In this document: positions 51,510 to 62,059 of the stretch, in pieces
How positions within the stretch are numbered: the first letter of the stretch is position 1
Layout: the number at the start of each line of letters is the position of its first letter
Source: an uncultured Lentisphaerota bacterium
GTDB taxonomy: Bacteria; Verrucomicrobiota; Lentisphaeria; Victivallales; GWF2-50-93
Direction: 5' to 3'
Length of the DNA stretch: 62,603 nt
Assembly: GCA_903872565.1 (NCBI GenBank)
Contig: CAIQLG010000189.1
Span: 1-62,603 of the forward strand
Made by a program: the position numbers and the translations under genes
The notes under the pieces: generated by a model
Database searches by the model: none
What the model saw: the letters and a program-made list of their open reading frames with translations, nothing else
What the model was told of the DNA's origin: nothing

Positions 51510-53455
51510 ACTTCCTTGATTACGGTAAAATTAGTCCATTCGGGGAAATAGTCGGCAGACCGCGCAGTCTCGCATGGCCGGTGAATGTCTTTCGTGTGAC
51601 TTTGCCGAAAGTCTCGGAAGACGGTGACGGCCTTAACCCGTTCGAGCGTGTTATCCTGAAGATTATCGCTGCAGGCGCAGCACGAGAAACTGGGGCGCTT
51701 GCACGGGAGACATGCATTCCAGTTGACCTAGTTCAATGCGTTTTACTGCGCCTTCGAGACAAAGCGTTCATAGACGAACACAACGACATTATCAACCAGA
51801 AACGTAAAACTTGGGAAAACATGGAGGAAAAGCCGCCAGTATTTGTCAGCGCACTCTTGTTCCGCGAATGCGCCACAGGAAAGATTATGCCGTTTCTTCA
51901 TCTGCTGGGGGATAATAATCCGTTGAAAAAGAAAGAGGACAGAAACAAAATATTTAAGAAAATTCTTTGGGTTGATGAGTATAAAAACAGTTCGCCAACA
52001 CCCCGTAATGTCATCTCTGCATTCCGGGCGATGAAGAAACGATCTATGGCTTTTGGAGACGAAACGAGCTTACCTGCGGTTCAACAAATCACCATAGCCA
52101 ATGAACCCGAAGAGTATTATCTCGACTGCCCCATCGCCATACAGAAAAGCGATGGCGAGTTCCGCATCGCCGACCCCTTCAGCAACGGTTTCTCTCTGCT
52201 TCTTGAAAACGCGTTCAGCTGCTTGCTTGAACAGGATAATATACTGAGCGATTGGCTGATGAACTGGAGACAGAATTTGTCAAATCCTAGACAAGACAAG
52301 CATACTACAACCCCCAAAGAACCCTATGACAACGATGCAAACATAGGACGCTATCCAAATCTGGTTTATAACCTGCGCATTGGAAAAAACACACAATATC
52401 GTTCAATCGAACAGATTTATGCCGCGCTCGAATGGGCATTGTTCTATGCTTGCGCCCAATGCCCATTCGACACTGCTCTCAATCAACTCAGGTTTACAAA
52501 TCAATCAGAGCATACCAATATTTTGAAGAGGGCGGCGGAAAGAATAGGACTTGTCCTGCCTGAATACGACTTTCACGCGGTGCCCAGCGGAAAACTCGAT
52601 GCTTTCATCTCCGGCGAAGCGGAAATGGCAACAGTTCTTGGCATTGCGCTTCTGATGGCCGCAAACGATAGCTCACATCCATTGCGACGGATTGCTGCTC
52701 TTCATAGCGACTTCATCATTCGGATTTTCGACATCAAAAAGAAACGAGATACACAAGGGCACGGGAAAGGCAAAGTTCAAAAGAACGAACTCGAATTACA
52801 AGAAGAAGCTTTTATGCGAGAGATTGTCACTGCACTGTTGCCATCCATGCGGTTCTCGAACACACCCTCAGTAGAGGCAGACAAGTATGCCGTCGCGGAT
52901 TTGCTGCTTGATGCGCGAACCAGCATTCAGAGTGAATTCGGTTTCAAACTCTTCAACTGCCTCGGAACAGATTTACAAGACCGCCTGATTTATGCGGAGC
53001 GCTTCTGGTTGTCCTGCAAAGACGGTGATGACGCGCTCGCATTCGCCTGTGATTTGTATGCCGCATTGCAACGGGTGTTCAGGCAAAGACTTTCTGGAGT
53101 CTTGCCGCCGGACATCAAGGATTTCGAATTTCCTGTGATAGCGCAGAAAAATGCCAACGATTCCGGATTCGGAGAGTTGCCGGAATGTCTGTGCACCGTC
53201 AAACCAAGCGCAATCCGAAAAACCTTGCAAGGGGACGACCAGACGCTTGGTGCTTGCGTGGTAGCATTTCTCCTTGTATCCGTCCCCGACACCTTGCGCT
53301 CTATTGCTGATACCCATCCTTCATTCACTTCCGATGTTGCGGACATTATCACTTTACGCGGACACGGCAATGAGCCATTGCCTTTACCTAAAGGCGATAT
53401 TGGCAAATTTCGTAAAGAATCATTTAAGATCATCAATACATTATTGGAGGTATGA
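51500..53455 (+). CDS. wHTH plus HEPN-like effector (CnuE-like)
   Basis: N-terminal wHTH (LNPFERVIL...LRDKAFID). RDTQGH (R-x4-H), and a second degenerate LRGHGN near the C-terminus. Confidence 0.6.
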   Translation: MPMNFLDYGKISPFGEIVGRPRSLAWPVNVFRVTLPKVSEDGDGLNPFERVILKIIAAGAARETGALARETCIPVDLVQCVLLRLRDKAFIDEHNDIINQKRKTWENMEEKPPVFVSALLFRECATGKIMPFLHLLGDNNPLKKKEDRNKIFKKILWVDEYKNSSPTPRNVISAFRAMKKRSMAFGDETSLPAVQQITIANEPEEYYLDCPIAIQKSDGEFRIADPFSNGFSLLLENAFSCLLEQDNILSDWLMNWRQNLSNPRQDKHTTTPKEPYDNDANIGRYPNLVYNLRIGKNTQYRSIEQIYAALEWALFYACAQCPFDTALNQLRFTNQSEHTNILKRAAERIGLVLPEYDFHAVPSGKLDAFISGEAEMATVLGIALLMAANDSSHPLRRIAALHSDFIIRIFDIKKKRDTQGHGKGKVQKNELELQEEAFMREIVTALLPSMRFSNTPSVEADKYAVADLLLDARTSIQSEFGFKLFNCLGTDLQDRLIYAERFWLSCKDGDDALAFACDLYAALQRVFRQRLSGVLPPDIKDFEFPVIAQKNANDSGFGELPECLCTVKPSAIRKTLQGDDQTLGACVVAFLLVSVPDTLRSIADTHPSFTSDVADIITLRGHGNEPLPLPKGDIGKFRKESFKIINTLLEV

Positions 53456-56400
53456 ACATGGGGCTATTTGGAATGAACGAAGCAGAACTAAAGAAATATT
53501 CAGCTGAACTTCTGCAACGGGAAACAAATTTGAAAAATCGCGAAAGCGATATTAACCGCGAGAAATCCAATTTGGAACATGAGCGGGAACTTCTGCAATC
53601 GGATAAATCAGCATTTGAAAAAGCACGCACTTATCACTTGGAGGAAGTTAAAAGGGTTAGTGAACAAAACTCTAGTGAGTTTTCCAAGATGGAAAGTCGC
53701 CGCCAAGAATTGGCCAAACAAGAGGCTGAAGCGAAGGCAGGCTTTGTAGAAAAGCAGCGCGATGTTTTCAAAGAAGTTGTCGAAAAAAGGATATCTGAAC
53801 TCGATGCCCGTCAAAAGGACTTGAACGATGTCGCTAAACGCATCGCCGATGAACTTGCCGCGCTCCATAGCCGCGAAGGTGAGATTGCACAACGTGAACT
53901 TGCAGTAACAGAAAGAGAACAAAAGGCTGATGCTGGATTCGCCGACAAAGCAACGCAGCTGGCGGCAAACGCGAAACATCAGTACGAGGTAAATCAGGAA
54001 GAAGCAAACCGTCTCATAAAATGGGAGGATGAACTTGTAAAAGGAAAGACAGCACTGGAGTCTGCTAAAGAACAACTACGATGCCGTGAGCAATCCGTCA
54101 TTGATGCCGAACTAAAACGCGATGCTGGTTGGACGGACAAGCGTGTTGCGTTAGAAAAGGAACTCCACTATGCACGGCAGAATTTACAAGAAGAAATAGC
54201 TGAAATCCGTCTCGCCGTCCAGCGCGAAACCGCTCAAAAGAAAGAATTAATGCTGGCCGATTTGGAAACTGAGACTTCCAATCTTCTCGAAAAACGACTT
54301 TCCGAAATCACAGCCGCTGAAAACAAGGAACGAGAACGGATCCGCAAGGATGCGGAAGATGAGGCGATGCGTATCCGCACCGAAATCGCCAATGAAAGGA
54401 TGCTGTGGACGAAACAGCAGGAAGATGCTCGCAAACATTTGGAGGCCGAACGGACTGAACTTGAAAAGCAAAAGAGCGCGGTGTCCGCTCTACGGAGCGA
54501 ACTCGAAGGCTGCAAAACTGAATTTGAAGCAAATGAACGGACGCTCGAGCGGAAGGAACAGCGGCTTGAACAGCAATGGAAGAAAAGGAACGACGAGTTG
54601 GACGATACAATCGAAGTCGGGCTTGAAGAAGAACGCAAGTCGCTGGCTGTTGAAAAACAGTCATTCAAAGATGAAAATAACCGTCTGCGCGAAAGCCTTC
54701 GCATCCAAACCGAACTTGCCGGAGCGTTCGACCAGTTGAAGCGACAACTCGGCGAAAAAGACCCAGCCGAAATCCTCCGTGACCTTAACAGCAAAACGGA
54801 TGAACTCAAGCGATTGCGCGAAGAGCTCTCCACCCGCCCTACAGAAGAGATGCGCGAAAAATATCAAAATATGGATTCCGAATCTCAACGACTGAAGGCC
54901 CGAATCGACGATCTCGAAAATCAAATCAACGCCAATGCCACCACGGTTTCGGAAACCGCAGACCTGCGCCGCAAAAACAGCGAATTAGGTGCAGAAAATA
55001 AATCACTCGCGCAAAAGGCATCCCTCTTCGAGGGTGCAGCGAACGAGGCACAAGCCGAACTCAACCGTCTCCGCGCCGCCTACGAACGGCCTGCCGAAGT
55101 CGCCGCCCGATATAAGGAAATAGAGATGCCACATATCAAGGCGGACAAGGCGAAACAACCGACGAAAGCCGACATTGATGAAATCACTTGGCTCAAGGGG
55201 GTCTGCAAAGCTTGCGACGGGTACGGATTTCACTTCAATCCGCGTATTCTGAAAGCATTCCACACAGCACTTAAAATCGCCGATTGGTCACAATTAACCG
55301 TTCTAGCCGGCGTCTCCGGCACCGGTAAGTCAGAATTGCCCCGCCTATATTCGCACTTTGGCGGGTTGATGTTCGAACCGTTGTCTGTCCAACCGAACTG
55401 GGATTCGCAGGAATCCATGCTTGGATTCTTCAACTCGATTGACAACAAGTTCGACGCACAACCGGTGCTGCGGTTCCTGGCGCAAAGTCAGCAATCCGGA
55501 AACGAAACATATGAAAAGCGCATTGCGCGCTGGAAGAAAATGTCTGGGAATAAACTCGAACTCGATTCTGAAAAGAATAAGGAACTGATTGAGGCGATGA
55601 AAGAATCGGATTATCCGGGATTGGAAGACTGTGTTTGTATGGTTCTTCTCGACGAGATGAACATCGCTTACCCTGAACTCTACTTTGCCGAGTTCCTGAG
55701 CAAACTCGAACTCCGGCGCGGGATGAAAGGAGAAGTGCCGTGTTTGCCTGTAAAAATCGGTGCTGGAATGCCTCCTTACCAACTTCCGCTAGGTCGTAAT
55801 ATCCTCTGGACGGGAACAATGAATCAAGACGAAACAACGAAATCGCTTTCTGACAAGGTACTCGACCGCTCCATTATCATTCACTTCCCGCGTCCAACCA
55901 AACTCATACGCCGTCAGAAACAAGAGGTGCTGTCTGAGAAAAACCGAGGGACTATTTTACATAGAAGCGCGTGGGAAAAATGGTGTTTACGGGAGATTTC
56001 GTTCTCAGAAGAGGATATCAAGCCGTTCAAACAATTCATCGAAAAAATGAACACCGCCCTCGCTGTCGCCGGCCGCGCCATCGGGCACCGTGTCTGGCAG
56101 TCCGTCGAATACTACATGGCGAACCATCCCGATGTCCGCTCCGCACAAGAGGCAAACGACAAAGACGCGCTCGCCAAAGCGCTCCATATAGCCTTTGAAG
56201 ACCAACTCGTCCAGAAGGTCATGCCGAAACTGCGCGGCATTGATACTCGCGATAGGTGTAAGAGCAAAACCGAATGCCTCGACAAGATCCTCGCTCAAAT
56301 CAACATTGGTATCTGCGACAAGGATGGTAAGCCGTGTGACAAGCCGTTCAATCTCGAAGTAGACTTCAAACTCGCCTGCGAACTTGGATATGGTCAGTTC

Positions 56401-56526
56401 ATCTGGCAATCGGCAAATTACCTCGAGGATGAGCCGGTTTCAGAAAAAGATGAAGTTGTGATGCCTGACGAGGAACACGCGGATAAAACGCATCCCAAGA
56501 AAACTAAAAAGAGTACTAACAAATGA
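53452..56526 (+). CDS. Coiled-coil McrB-like AAA+ GTPase (CnuB-like)
   Basis: About 550-aa coiled coil, then GVSGTGKS, LLDEMN, GTMNQDE (McrB NxxD signature) and SDKVLDRS. Confidence 0.88.
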   Translation: MNMGLFGMNEAELKKYSAELLQRETNLKNRESDINREKSNLEHERELLQSDKSAFEKARTYHLEEVKRVSEQNSSEFSKMESRRQELAKQEAEAKAGFVEKQRDVFKEVVEKRISELDARQKDLNDVAKRIADELAALHSREGEIAQRELAVTEREQKADAGFADKATQLAANAKHQYEVNQEEANRLIKWEDELVKGKTALESAKEQLRCREQSVIDAELKRDAGWTDKRVALEKELHYARQNLQEEIAEIRLAVQRETAQKKELMLADLETETSNLLEKRLSEITAAENKERERIRKDAEDEAMRIRTEIANERMLWTKQQEDARKHLEAERTELEKQKSAVSALRSELEGCKTEFEANERTLERKEQRLEQQWKKRNDELDDTIEVGLEEERKSLAVEKQSFKDENNRLRESLRIQTELAGAFDQLKRQLGEKDPAEILRDLNSKTDELKRLREELSTRPTEEMREKYQNMDSESQRLKARIDDLENQINANATTVSETADLRRKNSELGAENKSLAQKASLFEGAANEAQAELNRLRAAYERPAEVAARYKEIEMPHIKADKAKQPTKADIDEITWLKGVCKACDGYGFHFNPRILKAFHTALKIADWSQLTVLAGVSGTGKSELPRLYSHFGGLMFEPLSVQPNWDSQESMLGFFNSIDNKFDAQPVLRFLAQSQQSGNETYEKRIARWKKMSGNKLELDSEKNKELIEAMKESDYPGLEDCVCMVLLDEMNIAYPELYFAEFLSKLELRRGMKGEVPCLPVKIGAGMPPYQLPLGRNILWTGTMNQDETTKSLSDKVLDRSIIIHFPRPTKLIRRQKQEVLSEKNRGTILHRSAWEKWCLREISFSEEDIKPFKQFIEKMNTALAVAGRAIGHRVWQSVEYYMANHPDVRSAQEANDKDALAKALHIAFEDQLVQKVMPKLRGIDTRDRCKSKTECLDKILAQINIGICDKDGKPCDKPFNLEVDFKLACELGYGQFIWQSANYLEDEPVSEKDEVVMPDEEHADKTHPKKTKKSTNK

Positions 56527-59500
56527 CCCTGATTGAACTCTACCAGTCACAAGCGACGGACGGGGGAACTGGCGAAAACGCCCGCGCACTGCTGAAGCAG
56601 ACGCACTGGTTTACAGACAATGCCGACTTTGATCCAAAGACTGCCGAAGCACTTCCGCAGGTGTTATCCGCATTCCTATATAGAGTCACGCGATCGGGGA
56701 ATCCCGCCCCCCTTCATGATCGCCTCTGGCGCATCACAGAACACGCCCGTCCTTCAGTGGAACGCCTCTTCCGCGCACTTAACGAAAGTCCACGCCGTGA
56801 GCATGCGCTGTTGCCCGTCCGCGCCGTTCGGGAATTGGACGCCAACAGTTTCATCAAACTCAGCAACCGACCTGGCCGTAACATTCGAGAGAAACTTGCC
56901 GGCAAACCCTATCTCCAAGCCGTCCGCCGTTTCCAATCCGTCAACCTGCCCGAGAATCGTCTGCTGAAAACATTCGTCACCCGACTTGCGGAATTGCTCG
57001 AATTGCGCCAAAACTGTCTCGACGGGGAAGAAGACGAACTGCTCCCCAAAATTCAATCGTGGCTTCTTTCCGAAGAGGCGCAAACAATCGCTCGTTGGGA
57101 GAACCTGCCACCAAACAACACGCTTCTCTCCCACCGCGACTATCGCCGTGTCTGGGATGCCTGGAGTCGGATGCAAACACTCGATGAAGATATCGCTCGC
57201 GATTACTCTCAACTCGAAGTCCGCGACAAAACGATGCGCCTTTGGAATGAATATGCTCGAATGTATTCCGAGGGAACACATTATTTCGCAGAAATGCCCG
57301 TTCTCTTCGACTACGAAAAATTTAAAATCCAACCCTGGATTTCTCAACTCTCATTTAAGAAGGCAATACGAAAAATAATTCGCTCCTCCCGAATGAAAGA
57401 AATATCCGACCCGGTTTGCGTTGACCTTGCCATATTGTACCCACACTATGCCACCACAACAAAGTCATCTTTGTCTCTTTATGACTCCTATTTATGGCAG
57501 GAATGGGAGAAAGAAGATGAATCCGTTGACATCGAACTCTTCAACTCCGATGCCGCATATCTTCATCCTGATGCTACCTCAATTTCTTCAAGGGATCTTT
57601 TTTTCTCTAAAGACAACTCTCTCGAACATCTTGACCGCGCCGCGCGTGCATTCGCCTCAAAACTGCGCGAAACTTTTAAGAACGATACCTTCATCTGGCT
57701 CGTTCCCGATTTCCTCAACGATTTCGAACTAGAAATCATCCGCCGCAACATCAACGCTCGCTTCCCAAACGCCGAGCCGCTCCCGTGCAGCGTGGCGGCT
57801 GTATTTGAGCAGGTTGACTATTCCAAAATCAAAAACGACGGCTATCCCATCGTAGTCGTTGATACCATCGGCGGTAAAACCTGTGCCACCAAACTCATCG
57901 CTCGAATTAACCCCGAACTCAAAAAACTCCTTCCCGAAACCAACGGTTTTTTCTGGGAGCGTTGTCCACCGGTAATTATCTCACATAGAGAGAATGAGGA
58001 AGCAGAGGGGGGAAAATGGCAAAACTGCGACATCATCACCGTTGACGACAAAGGACAGTGGTGCGATAGGATTCGCACAGAAAAGCCGCAGTTCATTGAC
58101 CCAAGCACCCTCAAACGCGACCCGCGCATCGGGCAGTTTGCCTTTTGCATCAATGTGACCAAGAGCCCCGTAGGCGGCGGCATACGCCTCCATGCTTTGC
58201 AGCAACGCGCGGGGAACATCCCGCTCTGGCGCGACCAGATTCCCGAACTGTATATCCTGCTTCAGCGTTTTTGCTTGGTCGGCAAAAACATCTCCGTCGA
58301 ACCCATTCGCGGTTTATCCGTCCCAATCCCAATTCACGATAACTTCTACCTTAAACCTGGGAAACGATTCTATCGGTTTCCGCTATACCAAGGCGAAAAA
58401 GCTGACGAAATCGGATACTCTGCCCGTCTTGATTCACCTGCGTTTCCACGCAAAACAGTCACCGTATGCAAACTCAACCTCACCTTTGAATACGGCGCTG
58501 ACGAACCTTATAAACTCATTTTCGACCCCCTCGATAAATCCTTCCCGTCAATCCACGCCATCTGGCGGCGTACTGAGGAAGACATTATCACAGATGCCCC
58601 TGCACCAGAATACCCAACACCTATGTCATGGACGGAATTACGCAATGCGCCGAAACCAGACAGTAAAGAAACCAGCGACTTGCTGGAATGGGTATTGTCA
58701 GCAATTGACGGGCTGGACAGAGATTTGTTCATTCGCCCACAAAAAAGGATAGTCGGCAAGATATGCAGGTATTGGGGTATGGATAAAGGTGGCAAGCATT
58801 TTACTATCGCTAAATGTGACGAAACCGACGCAGATGTATTCATTCACGAAACAGCTCTCATGAAAGGATTGCACTATGAAGATTATGAAGAGGGAAATGA
58901 AGTCTCATTTGAATTACGAGAATATAAAGGCAAATTCTCAGGTTATAAGGTCGCAAATTCTGATTACAGAGAAGAAACACAATTACGCAATTTTAACGAT
59001 AATGTAACTACAAATGTAGTAAAAATTATTCGTCAACGTCTTTATGTTCCATTCATTCAAGTTTGGAGAGACGGGCGCTCGATCATGGACGAAGAATGTC
59101 CGAAAGACTTTGCCAATGAGGCAAAATATAGGATTAAATATCTTACCGATTTGTTAAGCCAACCCGGAATCCCACAACCTGTGAAAAATGAATTTTTGTT
59201 TTTGCTCGCCTGCCTTCACAAGGATACAACGGACGAGTGTGTACAATGGCTTACCGACCAAGTTGAAAATGGAGACCTTCTTGATCTACGAGCGATCGGT
59301 TTTGCGCTTGGTGATGTATCAGAAGAGTGGCAACAATATATATTCAGCAAGCTTGCCACAAACCCAAGTAACTCGGCAATCAGCGTATTCGCCTACGCTA
59401 TTTGGCGCGAACAGCGCTTTGTCGAAAGATTTTCTATTTCAGAATTGCAAGAGGCTCTGTATGCCTTGTCAAGACGCTTAGCAAATATACAAGCGCAGCA

Positions 59501-59837
59501 AAAAGAAGATGGTACGTTTAGTGTCGCTGTCAAACCGTTTGAACTTCTTTACGGATTGATGCGCACTCGTACCTCAACAGACACTGAAATCAAGATGCTC
59601 CTTCAGCCACAACAGAAAATCACTAAAATGCTTGAAAAGCAGGTCAAACGAGTTATTGAGATTGTTGCGCAAAATAAAATCGAACTCGCCTCCCGTATTC
59701 AACTGATGGATCTTCCCCCAAAACCTACCGGCGATCGCACTCCTGACTTGCTCTACGCATTGCGACTCTCTCTATCTGGAGATGATGGAGCAATTGGTAT
59801 CCGCACCACTGGTGTATCCAACAATGATAATGACTGA
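56523..59837 (+). CDS. McrC-like DUF2357 N-terminal domain fused to Hsp70/actin-like, cold-shock and helical domains (CnuCD-like)
   Basis: PRREH..LPVRAVRE, PENRLLK and PNNTLLSHRDY. WLVPD and VVVDTIGG. VFIHE...GNEVSFEL (CSD). Confidence 0.7.
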   Translation: MTLIELYQSQATDGGTGENARALLKQTHWFTDNADFDPKTAEALPQVLSAFLYRVTRSGNPAPLHDRLWRITEHARPSVERLFRALNESPRREHALLPVRAVRELDANSFIKLSNRPGRNIREKLAGKPYLQAVRRFQSVNLPENRLLKTFVTRLAELLELRQNCLDGEEDELLPKIQSWLLSEEAQTIARWENLPPNNTLLSHRDYRRVWDAWSRMQTLDEDIARDYSQLEVRDKTMRLWNEYARMYSEGTHYFAEMPVLFDYEKFKIQPWISQLSFKKAIRKIIRSSRMKEISDPVCVDLAILYPHYATTTKSSLSLYDSYLWQEWEKEDESVDIELFNSDAAYLHPDATSISSRDLFFSKDNSLEHLDRAARAFASKLRETFKNDTFIWLVPDFLNDFELEIIRRNINARFPNAEPLPCSVAAVFEQVDYSKIKNDGYPIVVVDTIGGKTCATKLIARINPELKKLLPETNGFFWERCPPVIISHRENEEAEGGKWQNCDIITVDDKGQWCDRIRTEKPQFIDPSTLKRDPRIGQFAFCINVTKSPVGGGIRLHALQQRAGNIPLWRDQIPELYILLQRFCLVGKNISVEPIRGLSVPIPIHDNFYLKPGKRFYRFPLYQGEKADEIGYSARLDSPAFPRKTVTVCKLNLTFEYGADEPYKLIFDPLDKSFPSIHAIWRRTEEDIITDAPAPEYPTPMSWTELRNAPKPDSKETSDLLEWVLSAIDGLDRDLFIRPQKRIVGKICRYWGMDKGGKHFTIAKCDETDADVFIHETALMKGLHYEDYEEGNEVSFELREYKGKFSGYKVANSDYREETQLRNFNDNVTTNVVKIIRQRLYVPFIQVWRDGRSIMDEECPKDFANEAKYRIKYLTDLLSQPGIPQPVKNEFLFLLACLHKDTTDECVQWLTDQVENGDLLDLRAIGFALGDVSEEWQQYIFSKLATNPSNSAISVFAYAIWREQRFVERFSISELQEALYALSRRLANIQAQQKEDGTFSVAVKPFELLYGLMRTRTSTDTEIKMLLQPQQKITKMLEKQVKRVIEIVAQNKIELASRIQLMDLPPKPTGDRTPDLLYALRLSLSGDDGAIGIRTTGVSNNDND

Positions 59838-59852
59838 TAACAGGAAAAAACT

Positions 59853-61595
59853 ATGAAACACTATCTGCTCACTTGGTATGGCATCACCGACCTCCGCGCC
59901 GCACTCGGCCTTGAAGCAACCGACGGACCGATTCTCAGTGCGCTCAAAACTGGAAATTTCACAGATGTCGTCATCCTCGCATACTCCAACCCTTGCAAAG
60001 ACCAAAACGCTTTCACGAATGATCTCTCCACCCAATGGGAGAAATTGAGGCATGAAGGCCTTGAAACTCGCTTGAAATTTCCACGCGACAAAGCGCAGCT
60101 GATTGTGGATGCAGTCAGCAATACTGTGGCGGGACATACGCTTTTCACGAAATGGCTGAAAGCCGAACTGACCACCGCTGGGATTTCCTGCGAGATTCAA
60201 ATCATCCATCAGGAACTGCAGCATCTGAACGATGCGCAGGGAATTTACAATGCCGCCGCATCGGCGCTTAAACACGCTTTGAGCGATACCAGCGAAAAAA
60301 CGCTTACCAGTTTTGTGAGTCCCGGAACACCGGTGATGGCATACACTTGGGCTCTGATTGCAAGGTCACAACCCCAGCACAAGATAGCCGTTATCGCCAG
60401 TTCAGACCCGCGCAAGCCGCCTGAAACAATTATTCTGCCAAAGGATTTGCTGATGCCGATGGTCGCCGCGCCGCAAACCGCCAAACCGTCCGAATATGAT
60501 GCCATTATTCACCTGCTTGGACGCGAGCGGATGCCGATTTATTTCGCCATGCTCCAATTTCAGGCGAAAGAACACATTTTCATTACAACACAAGATTATG
60601 ACAATGCCGCATCTGCTCTATCGCGCTTGCTACCTTCCTCTTGCAATGTCAAGACTGTAATCATCCAAGACCCCTTCAAGCCTGCCGATACGCGAAGGGC
60701 GATTGAAAAACAAGTTGCCAAACATCCATCAACAGCAAAAATAGCGGTCAACCTGACCGGTGGAACAAAATTGATGTTTTCGGGAGCGTTGGCCGCCTGT
60801 TGGGAAAGCGGAATCGAACCGTTCTACTTTGAGATACACAATCACAATGTCATCTTCCTTCGCGACGGCGCGACGGTTCCGTTCATTGGCGCAAAATCCG
60901 TCAAGGACTTTTTCACCGTCAACGGATTTGATGTTATCACGCAAGGCCAGTGGAATTACCGCATGACCCGCTTGACAGGCACAAACAAATTGTGGGAAAA
61001 ACGAAAGACACTGGGCTCGCTATATCAATATGCTGATTTCCGGAAATATAACATACACTGGGGGTGCAGGCGCAATCCACCTTTCAACTGGAAATGGAGC
61101 AAATCTCAAGCAACATTTGATAAGAATGGGAACGCAACGCTTCTTTTGGACAACGAATCTATTTCGGTACCGCCTTGTGATGACTTCGGGCAGTATCTCG
61201 GTGGGGGATGGTTAGAAGAGTATGTTTTCTCCTTGTTGTATCCGCTCAAAGAGAAGGGGTTGATTCACGATTTGCGCATCGGTGTTGAAGTGGACTACTC
61301 TGGGAAAGTTCGTCACCCCAATGACCCTCCCAACGGCGAGTTCGACTGTGCGTTTACGGACGGCAAACGCTTGTGGCTTGTTGAGTGCAAGGCAGGAGCG
61401 GTCAAACAGGAGCACATACAAAAACTTGAAAACAACTTGAAAACCTATGGTGGCATTGCTGCAAAGGGCATTCTCGTTTCCTCTTTCCCAATTGTCTCTG
61501 CACTTGTGAAACGCGTTTCTTCTTCGACAGCCATCCGTGCCGTTCAACCCGGAGAATTGGGTACCGAAGTCCTCCAGAAAATCATTTTCTCCTGA
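59853..61595 (+). CDS. Double-CARF PD-(D/E)XK nuclease (RtcR-type CARF plus DUF1887/Card1-like)
   Basis: LLTWYGITDL...GPI...SPGTP (RtcR-like CARF). NLTGGTK (DUF1887 CARF). GGWLEEY...EFD...VECK (nuclease). Confidence 0.8.
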   Translation: MKHYLLTWYGITDLRAALGLEATDGPILSALKTGNFTDVVILAYSNPCKDQNAFTNDLSTQWEKLRHEGLETRLKFPRDKAQLIVDAVSNTVAGHTLFTKWLKAELTTAGISCEIQIIHQELQHLNDAQGIYNAAASALKHALSDTSEKTLTSFVSPGTPVMAYTWALIARSQPQHKIAVIASSDPRKPPETIILPKDLLMPMVAAPQTAKPSEYDAIIHLLGRERMPIYFAMLQFQAKEHIFITTQDYDNAASALSRLLPSSCNVKTVIIQDPFKPADTRRAIEKQVAKHPSTAKIAVNLTGGTKLMFSGALAACWESGIEPFYFEIHNHNVIFLRDGATVPFIGAKSVKDFFTVNGFDVITQGQWNYRMTRLTGTNKLWEKRKTLGSLYQYADFRKYNIHWGCRRNPPFNWKWSKSQATFDKNGNATLLLDNESISVPPCDDFGQYLGGGWLEEYVFSLLYPLKEKGLIHDLRIGVEVDYSGKVRHPNDPPNGEFDCAFTDGKRLWLVECKAGAVKQEHIQKLENNLKTYGGIAAKGILVSSFPIVSALVKRVSSSTAIRAVQPGELGTEVLQKIIFS

Positions 61596-61609
61596 CACAC
61601 TTCCCGACG

Positions 61610-61810
61610 ATACTCCGCTTGCGGTGGTGCCAATGCCTTGCAGAGCAATGCCACTGACTGGTCGGCGGAGGGCATACGATTCACAGGAAGCACACATCAA
61701 GTATCGTCGTCGCGGAGTTGATCGAGGGTGCGTTCGACAAGCTGGCTGAGGAGTTTGAAAAGCTTGAGCTGAACATCAAACGCATGAAAGCGTTACCGCT
61801 GGACGAGAAC
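61610..61810 (+). pseudogene. Possible DUF932-like gene remnant
   Basis: Open stretch HRKHTSSIVVAELIEGAFDKLAEEFEKLELNIKRMKALPL with no start codon. The upstream part appears frameshifted. Confidence 0.3.
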
Positions 61811-62059
61811 TGTCAAGGCCAACCGAACCGCATATCTTCTAAATGTCCATGTGATTGATCGTTTACCATTTTCTTGCCAGTGAAGTAGCGCAGCCTGGCG
61901 GCAACCAGTATTAGTTCAGCCACACCGTTCTATGAAACTTGATCAGGCCGATTTTGAAAGGCAGATTGAACTAATCAGGACACACCTGGAAATATCCCCC
62001 AAAAACAAGGAGTTGGCAATAGAAAATCAATTTAGGTTGGTGAAAGGCAGTATTATTTC

